NCBI GenBank assembly: GCA_964586055.1
Contig: CAZPFX010000006.1
Location: 1 to 48,280 of the forward strand
Reading direction: 5' to 3'
DNA from: an uncultured Pseudomonadales bacterium
GTDB taxonomy: Bacteria; Patescibacteriota; Microgenomatia; UBA1400; PJMF01
Length of the DNA: 48,280 nt
Positions within the stretch are counted from its first letter, which is position 1, and the number at the start of each line of letters is the position of its first letter. Positions 41,934 through 48,280 of this stretch are shown here, piece by piece. A model generated the notes under the pieces. The model was given only the letters and a program-made list of their open reading frames with translations, had not been told where the DNA came from and ran no database searches. The position numbers and the translations under genes were made by a program.

Positions 41934-44282
41934 CTACTTGGCTAAGGCGAGCTTGAGCACTTGATCAACGGAGGCAACGGGGTGGAAGGTAATTGTTTTT
42001 TTCACGCTGTCAGGAAGATCAGCCAAATCTCGTTCATTTTCTGCGGGAATAATGACGTCTGTACTACCCGCTCGATGAGCAGCGATGCTTTTCTCTTTAA
42101 GGCCACCGATGCGAAGAACTCGACCTCTGAGGGTTACTTCTCCAGTCATGGCCACAAATCTTTTCACTGGTTTTTTCGTAAATGCTGAGACGATAGCTGT
42201 AACCATAGTTACGCCCGCGGAAGGACCATCTTTGGGGATTGCTCCTTCTGGAACATGAATATGTACGTCAGTACTGTCAATCAATTTTTGGTCGATGTGA
42301 AGTGATTTAGCTTGAGATTTAACATAAGTAAGAGCAGCTTGCGCTGACTCTTTCATGACGTCCCCAAGTTTTCCAGTTAGTTGCACTTTGCCTTTTCCAG
42401 GGGTCAGGGCAACTTCTATGAATAGCATATCTCCCCCGACGCTGGTCCAGGCGAGACCTGTTGCTAGACCAACTTGATCTTTCTTTTCAGCAATTGTTTC
42501 GTCAAACTTTTCTGGTCCCAGAAAGTCTTTTAATACTTTTGGTGACAAAATAAGAGCTTTTGTCTGTTTCTCTTTGCTTTCAACTATTTTCCTTGCCGCT
42601 TTGCGCGCAAGAGCGCTCATCGTTCTCTCGAGCTCTCGAACTCCTGCCTCTCTTGTGTAGCGGGCAATTAGAACTTTAATTGTTGCATCGCTGAGTGAGA
42701 GTTGTTTTGTCGTCATTCCATTCGCAGCTAGAACTTTTTTCAGTAAGTGTTTTTTGGCTATTTGAAACTTTTCTTCTTGGGTATAGCCGGTGTATCTGAT
42801 AATTTCTAAGCGATCACGCAATGCTGGCGGAATAGTATCAAGTGTATTAGCGGTGGTGATAAAAATCACTTCAGAAAGATCAAAAGGAATATCAAGATAG
42901 TGATCCTCGAAACTAGAGTTTTGTTCTGGATCAAGAGCCTCTAGAAGAGCTGCGGATGGATCGCCGCGGAAATCATTGCCAATCTTGTCGATTTCATCGA
43001 GCATAAAAACAGGATTGCAGGTTCCAGCTTGTTTTATCCCAGTGATTATTTTGCCCGGAAGTGCGCCCACGTAAGTTCTGCGATGGCCGCGGATTTCAGC
43101 TTCATCACGAATACCTCCGAGCGAAATTTTTGTAAATTTGCGTCCCAGGCTTTCAGCAATAGACTTACCGATACTCGTTTTCCCAACTCCAGGAGGGCCG
43201 ACGAAACAAAGAATAGTTGGAAGCTGGGCGTTTTTTGTTTTTTCTAAACTTTGCTTAAGGGTTAGTACTGCAATATATTCAAGAATTCTATCCTTAACTT
43301 TTTCCAAGCCATAATGATTCTTCTCAAGAATCTTTTCTGCTTTGGTAATGTCAGCAGTGCTTTTTGTTTTTTTGTTCCAGGGAAGTTCAAAAAATGTTTC
43401 TAGCCACGAGCGAATGTATCCAGATTCTGGATTGTTTGGAGACATTTGCTTAAGTCTATTTATTTCTTTAGCGACCTTTTTGGTTATCTCTGGAGAAAGT
43501 TTGAGTCTTTTTAATTTTATTAAGTAATCTTTTGCAATCTCTTCTTCCTCATCAATTTCTCCGAGCTCTTTCTGAATAGTTCTAAGCCGCTCTCTGAGAA
43601 CGTTTTCCCTCATGTTCTTGTCAAATTTCTTTTGGGTTTTATGAACCACATCTTTTTCAATCTCCATCACCTTCATTTCATGAGCTAGATGTTGGATGAC
43701 AATTTGGATGCGCTGTTTCACGGAAGTGATTTCGAGGAGCTCCTGTTTTTCAGGAGTGGAGATATTTAAGGTGCTGGAAATTTGATCTACTAGTTCGCCA
43801 TTTTTCACCCCACCCATAAGCTTCATGAAATTCAAGAACTCAACGGGTTTTCCCATAAGAACAGATTTTCTAAACTCTTTTTGTAAATGTGAAACTAAAG
43901 CTTTAGTTTCTTCATCTTTTTCTTCGATATCGTAAAGTCTCACCGCCGAGACTCTAAAGAAAGGCTCTGATTGGTCGAATTTTGTGACCTTAACTCTGCC
44001 CATGCCTCTAACCAACGCATTCACACTTTCCCCACCACCCAATGATCTCTCGATAACTGCAAGGGTACCAACGTCGTACAAGTCCCCAGAATTTGGCGTA
44101 TCAATCTTGTTGTCTTTTTGTGTTAGAAGGACAACTAGCTTGGAGGCTTTATCTGCGCCTTTAATTGCTTTGAGTGAAATTGGTCTGCCGAAGCTAAGTA
44201 CAGACTCTGTATTTGGAAATAAAACGCCCTCGCGGATTGGAATGGCGGGAAGCTGTAGTAGTGAAGATGGATTTTCGACCAT
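41934..44282 (-). CDS. lon: ATP-dependent Lon protease
   Basis: LON N-domain, Walker [10 protein letters not shown], protease motif PKDGPSAGV. Confidence 0.97.
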   Translation of the reverse strand: MVENPSSLLQLPAIPIREGVLFPNTESVLSFGRPISLKAIKGADKASKLVVLLTQKDNKIDTPNSGDLYDVGTLAVIERSLGGGESVNALVRGMGRVKVTKFDQSEPFFRVSAVRLYDIEEKDEETKALVSHLQKEFRKSVLMGKPVEFLNFMKLMGGVKNGELVDQISSTLNISTPEKQELLEITSVKQRIQIVIQHLAHEMKVMEIEKDVVHKTQKKFDKNMRENVLRERLRTIQKELGEIDEEEEIAKDYLIKLKRLKLSPEITKKVAKEINRLKQMSPNNPESGYIRSWLETFFELPWNKKTKSTADITKAEKILEKNHYGLEKVKDRILEYIAVLTLKQSLEKTKNAQLPTILCFVGPPGVGKTSIGKSIAESLGRKFTKISLGGIRDEAEIRGHRRTYVGALPGKIITGIKQAGTCNPVFMLDEIDKIGNDFRGDPSAALLEALDPEQNSSFEDHYLDIPFDLSEVIFITTANTLDTIPPALRDRLEIIRYTGYTQEEKFQIAKKHLLKKVLAANGMTTKQLSLSDATIKVLIARYTREAGVRELERTMSALARKAARKIVESKEKQTKALILSPKVLKDFLGPEKFDETIAEKKDQVGLATGLAWTSVGGDMLFIEVALTPGKGKVQLTGKLGDVMKESAQAALTYVKSQAKSLHIDQKLIDSTDVHIHVPEGAIPKDGPSAGVTMVTAIVSAFTKKPVKRFVAMTGEVTLRGRVLRIGGLKEKSIAAHRAGSTDVIIPAENERDLADLPDSVKKTITFHPVASVDQVLKLALAK

Positions 44283-44285
44283 GGA

Positions 44286-44312
44286 TTAGCATTCTAATTG
44301 TCAGACTGCTAA
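44286..44312 (-). promoter_or_regulatory. CIRCE-like inverted repeat (HrcA operator candidate)
   Basis: Minus strand TTAGCAGTC-N9-GAATGCTAA versus consensus TTAGCACTC-N9-GAGTGCTAA (16/18). Ends 3 nt before the lon ATG. Confidence 0.65.
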
Positions 44313-44319
44313 TTGGCAA
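44291..44319 (-). promoter_or_regulatory. lon promoter TTGCCA-17-TAGAAT
   Basis: -35 at 44319-44314, 17-nt spacer, -10 at 44296-44291. The -10 ends 8 nt before the ATG. Confidence 0.5.
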
Positions 44320-44331
44320 GTATGAAATGGG

Positions 44332-44405
44332 TGGGTCGCCATGGATTCGAACCATGGACCTCAGTCTTATCAGGACTGCGCTCTAACCAACTGAGCTAGC
44401 GACCC
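44332..44405 (-). tRNA. tRNA-Ile (anticodon GAU), CCA not encoded
   Basis: Minus strand GGGTCGC...GCGACCC acceptor. Anticodon stem CAGTC/GACTG with loop CTGATAA. T-arm CATGG-TTCGAAT-CCATG. Confidence 0.9.
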
Positions 44406-44425
44406 AAGTTAAGACGTCTATTCTA

Positions 44426-46945
44426 TCATGATTTTGCGATTTGCTTTATTTGGACTTGGTTATTTTGATATCCAATTGAGAGACTTTGATCTGGTTTGAG
44501 TTTTCCCTCGATGATCTGCATTGAGAGCGGGTCGAGAACGCTCGATTGAATCAAGCGCTTCAAGGGCCTGGCGCCAAAAACGGGGTCATAGCCGGTTTTC
44601 GCCAGGAAAGTTACCAAGGAATCTTCGAATGAAACGTTGATGTCTTTTTTAGTCAATCTTTTCTTGACTAGATCAAGCTGGAGTACAACGATCTTTTTGA
44701 TTTCGGCCTCTGTGAGAGACTGGAAAATAATTATGTCATCAAGGCGATTGAGAAATTCCGGCCGGAAATGAGTACTTAGCTCTGACTCTTTGAGATTTGT
44801 AGTCATGATGACGATGGTGTTTTTGAAATCGACAGTTCTGCCCTTACTGTCAGTCAGGCGTCCGTCATCAAGAAGCTGAAGGAGGACGTTAAAAACTTCG
44901 GAGTTGGCTTTTTCTATTTCATCAAATAGCACCACCGTGTATGGATGTTGGCGAACGGCTTCGGTGAGCTGGCCACCTTCTTCATAGCCAACATATCCAG
45001 GAGGAGAGCCAATGAGACGAGCGACAGAGTGTTTTTCCATGTACTCACTCATGTCGATTCTCACCAAGCGATTTTCATCAGCAAAGAGAAACTCGGCTAC
45101 GGCCTTGGCAACTTCTGTTTTACCAACGCCCGTCGGCCCCAAAAACATAAAGGAGCCAATTGGTCTGGCTTCATCGGAGATTCCAGCTCTTGAGCGTCTA
45201 ACGGCATTGGAGAGTGCCCCAATGGCCTGTTTCTGACCGATTACTCGCTTCTGCAGTTCTTCTTCCATGTGCTGCAGTCGTGTGGTTTCTGAGGAGAGCA
45301 TTTTGGAGACAGGGATGCCGGTCCAGCGAGAAACAACTGCGGCAATATCTTCTTCAGTTACCTCTTCTTTTAGGATTTTTGTGTCTTTTTGGACTGAGGC
45401 GAGTTTTTTTTGAGCGTCCTTAATTGCTTTTTCAAGTTTGGGGATTTCTCCGTATTTTATTTCGGCAACTCTCTGTAAGTCATAGTTTCTTTCGGCCTGA
45501 ATTGCTGATTCCCTGAGTTGGTCCAACTCTTTGCTTGATGACTTTATGGCATCAATGACTTCTTTTTCATTTTTCCAATGAAGTTCTAGCTCTTTGTAGC
45601 GTCCTTGAAGTTCGGCCAGCTGTTTTTCAAGATCCTGGAGTCGTTTTTTTGAGGCTTCATCCTTCTCTTTTTTTAGAGCTTGCTTTTCAATTTCTAGTTG
45701 TCTGATTTTGCGCTCTAGTTGATCGAGAGCAGTTGGTTTACTTTCATTTTCAATTTTTAGTACAGAGGCAGCTTCATCAATGAGATCTATAGCTTTATCT
45801 GGCAAAAAACGATCGGCAATATATCTTCTAGATAGCTGGACCGCAGCCACCAAAGCTGCATCGCGAATTTTAACTCCATGGTGGACTTCGTATTTCTCTT
45901 TAATACCTCGTAAAATCGATAAGGCGTCTTCGGGGGAGGGTTCTTCCACCATCACGGGCTGGAATCTTCTTTCAAGAGCTGCGTCTTTTTCTACGTACTT
46001 ACGGTACTCTTTGAGAGTTGTAGCTCCAATTGTGCGTAGGCCGCCTCTGGCTAATGCTGGTTTGAGAAGGTTGCCAGCGTCTGTGGAGCCCTCTTGAGCA
46101 CCCGCGCCAACAATTGTATGCAGTTCATCAATGAATAGAATAATTTCGCCGTCAGAGGACTCGATTTCTTTTATGAGCGCTTTGAGCCTATCTTCAAATT
46201 CGCCTCGATACTTGGCTCCTGCTATCAGGGCTCCAAGGTCAAGCGAGAGGATTCGCTTATTGCGTAACATGTCTGGAACATCGTTATCAATAATTTTTTT
46301 AGCGAGACCCTCAACGATTGCTGTCTTACCGGTGCCCGGTTCGCCAACTAGAACAGGATTGTTCTTAGTGCGCCGCGATAATATCTGTAAGACACGTCTG
46401 ATTTCTTCGTCGCGACCAATGACAGGATCTATTTTTCCTTCACGGGCTAGCGCGGTGAAATCAAGCGTGTATTTTTCGAGTGCTTGATATTTTCCTTCTG
46501 GATCACGATCAGTAACTTTTTGTGAGCCTCTCACAGACTTGAGAGCTTCGAGCACGTCTTTTTTTTCTACATCGAATATCTTCGCAATTTCTTTTTGGTT
46601 TAACAGCGCCAAGAAGAGATGTTCGGTGCTAATAAATTCATCGCGAAGTTTGCCTGCTTCAGTTTCCCCATCAGCTAAAACTTTCTGCAAATCTGAAGAA
46701 ATTTTGGCCTGAGTAGGTTCGCTAACAGTTGGAAGTTTGGTTATTTCATCCTGGAGTTCTTTTGCTACTGAATCGGGATTTTTATCTAAAGCTCTCAGAA
46801 GTGACGGAACTATGCCGCCAGCTTGTTTGGTTAAAACTAGGGCAAGGTGCAAAGGAACAGCTTCACTTTGTCTTAATTCTCCGACGAGTTGAATAGTGCC
46901 TTGAAGGCTCTCGGCGGACTTAGTAGTCAGCTTATCGAGGTTCAT
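44426..46945 (-). CDS. clpB: ClpB disaggregase (AAA+ chaperone)
   Basis: Clp_N repeats, Walker A GEPGTGKT and GPTGVGKT, long middle coiled coil. Start set at MNLDKLT. The GTG-extended ORF to 47011 is rejected. Confidence 0.97.
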   Translation of the reverse strand: MNLDKLTTKSAESLQGTIQLVGELRQSEAVPLHLALVLTKQAGGIVPSLLRALDKNPDSVAKELQDEITKLPTVSEPTQAKISSDLQKVLADGETEAGKLRDEFISTEHLFLALLNQKEIAKIFDVEKKDVLEALKSVRGSQKVTDRDPEGKYQALEKYTLDFTALAREGKIDPVIGRDEEIRRVLQILSRRTKNNPVLVGEPGTGKTAIVEGLAKKIIDNDVPDMLRNKRILSLDLGALIAGAKYRGEFEDRLKALIKEIESSDGEIILFIDELHTIVGAGAQEGSTDAGNLLKPALARGGLRTIGATTLKEYRKYVEKDAALERRFQPVMVEEPSPEDALSILRGIKEKYEVHHGVKIRDAALVAAVQLSRRYIADRFLPDKAIDLIDEAASVLKIENESKPTALDQLERKIRQLEIEKQALKKEKDEASKKRLQDLEKQLAELQGRYKELELHWKNEKEVIDAIKSSSKELDQLRESAIQAERNYDLQRVAEIKYGEIPKLEKAIKDAQKKLASVQKDTKILKEEVTEEDIAAVVSRWTGIPVSKMLSSETTRLQHMEEELQKRVIGQKQAIGALSNAVRRSRAGISDEARPIGSFMFLGPTGVGKTEVAKAVAEFLFADENRLVRIDMSEYMEKHSVARLIGSPPGYVGYEEGGQLTEAVRQHPYTVVLFDEIEKANSEVFNVLLQLLDDGRLTDSKGRTVDFKNTIVIMTTNLKESELSTHFRPEFLNRLDDIIIFQSLTEAEIKKIVVLQLDLVKKRLTKKDINVSFEDSLVTFLAKTGYDPVFGARPLKRLIQSSVLDPLSMQIIEGKLKPDQSLSIGYQNNQVQIKQIAKS

Positions 46946-46952
46946 GGACTTA

Positions 46953-46958
46953 ATTATA
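46953..46958 (-). promoter_or_regulatory. -10 box TATAAT for clpB
   Basis: Minus strand TATAAT followed by 7 nt (TAAGTCC) and the clpB ATG. No Shine-Dalgarno. Confidence 0.45.
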
Positions 46959-47097
46959 TAGAACAATTTTTTCTGAAGCAAACATGGTGGTAGAGCCACC
47001 GACCTAGGCACTTATGTCCATAGGATTTGGAAATTTTTTATAACCGTTGCCAGTTATGGGAAAAAAGAGGCGTGATTCTCTAAACCCTTACTCCTTA

Positions 47098-48280
<1,183 letters not shown>

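Noticed and set aside
1114-46487. Long antisense or overlapping ORFs: 1114-1407, 1488-1844, 2252-2464, 3177-3581, 3374-3625, 14723-15163, 22255-22581, 26142-26492, 36131-36445, 45780-46097, 46131-46487 and many shorter ones
   Set aside because: Each is embedded in, and out of frame or antisense to, a gene with clear conserved motifs. Their translations are low-complexity or Ser/Leu/Arg-rich, as expected for shadow frames. None has an upstream promoter or Shine-Dalgarno.
46946-46984. 11-codon upstream ORF (MFASEKIVLYN) ending 4 nt before the clpB ATG
   Set aside because: It has no Shine-Dalgarno. It spans the putative clpB -10 box, so it would not be on the clpB transcript if that promoter is used. 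It is too short to evaluate.
46946-47011. N-terminal ORF extensions: clpB to GTG 47011, PBP1A to 15753, pheT to 21769, KH to 10350, uvrD to 38705, tpiA to 38566, MsrQ-like to 26810, tig to 25862
   Set aside because: The extensions overlap upstream genes, tRNAs or -10 boxes and add non-conserved residues. The conserved N-termini begin at the internal starts used in the feature table.

Overview
This is a gene-dense, AT-leaning 48.3-kb chromosomal segment made almost entirely of housekeeping genes. It most plausibly comes from a small-genome uncultivated bacterium of the Patescibacteria/CPR type. That placement is an inference from several observations: domain-reduced universal proteins, a 16S gene not followed by 23S, divergent 16S primer sites, type IV pilus plus ComF/ComM genes, several surface-glycosylation membrane enzymes, and no outer-membrane genes.

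I call about 50 CDS:
- Translation: rpsP, rpmF, rplT, rpmI, infC, tyrS, pheST, miaAB, dus, tig.
- DNA repair: recG, uvrD/pcrA.
- Proteostasis: lon, clpB.
- Glycolysis and nucleotide metabolism: gap, tpiA, pyrH.
- Cell wall: PBP1A, FemAB.
- A PilX-like/pilM/pilN/pilO pilus module.
- Glycosyltransferases.

RNA genes are four tRNAs (Val-CAC, Val-GAC, Cys-GCA, Ile-GAU), a tmRNA, a compact RNase P RNA, and the 3' 1.18 kb of a 16S rRNA gene running off the right edge.

The standard genetic code fits. I found no CRISPR array, transposase, integrase, prophage, or recognisable defence or toxin-antitoxin system, and I cannot point to a clear novel multi-gene system.

The observations most worth follow-up are:
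- a CIRCE-like operator over the lon promoter;
- clpB and tRNA-Ile sitting where the 16S-23S spacer would normally be;
- a window-wide pattern of (extended) -10 boxes 6-11 nt from start codons, implying leaderless mRNAs;
- an orphan 225-aa protein behind a perfect consensus promoter;
- a divergent SAM-hydroxide-adenosyltransferase-like protein;
- an ACP-like orphan;
- a 34-codon membrane mini-ORF;
- domain-loss variants of Tig, PheT and MiaB;
- altered universal 16S primer sites with a compensatory base-pair change.

All family assignments come from reading motifs by eye. No database search was run.
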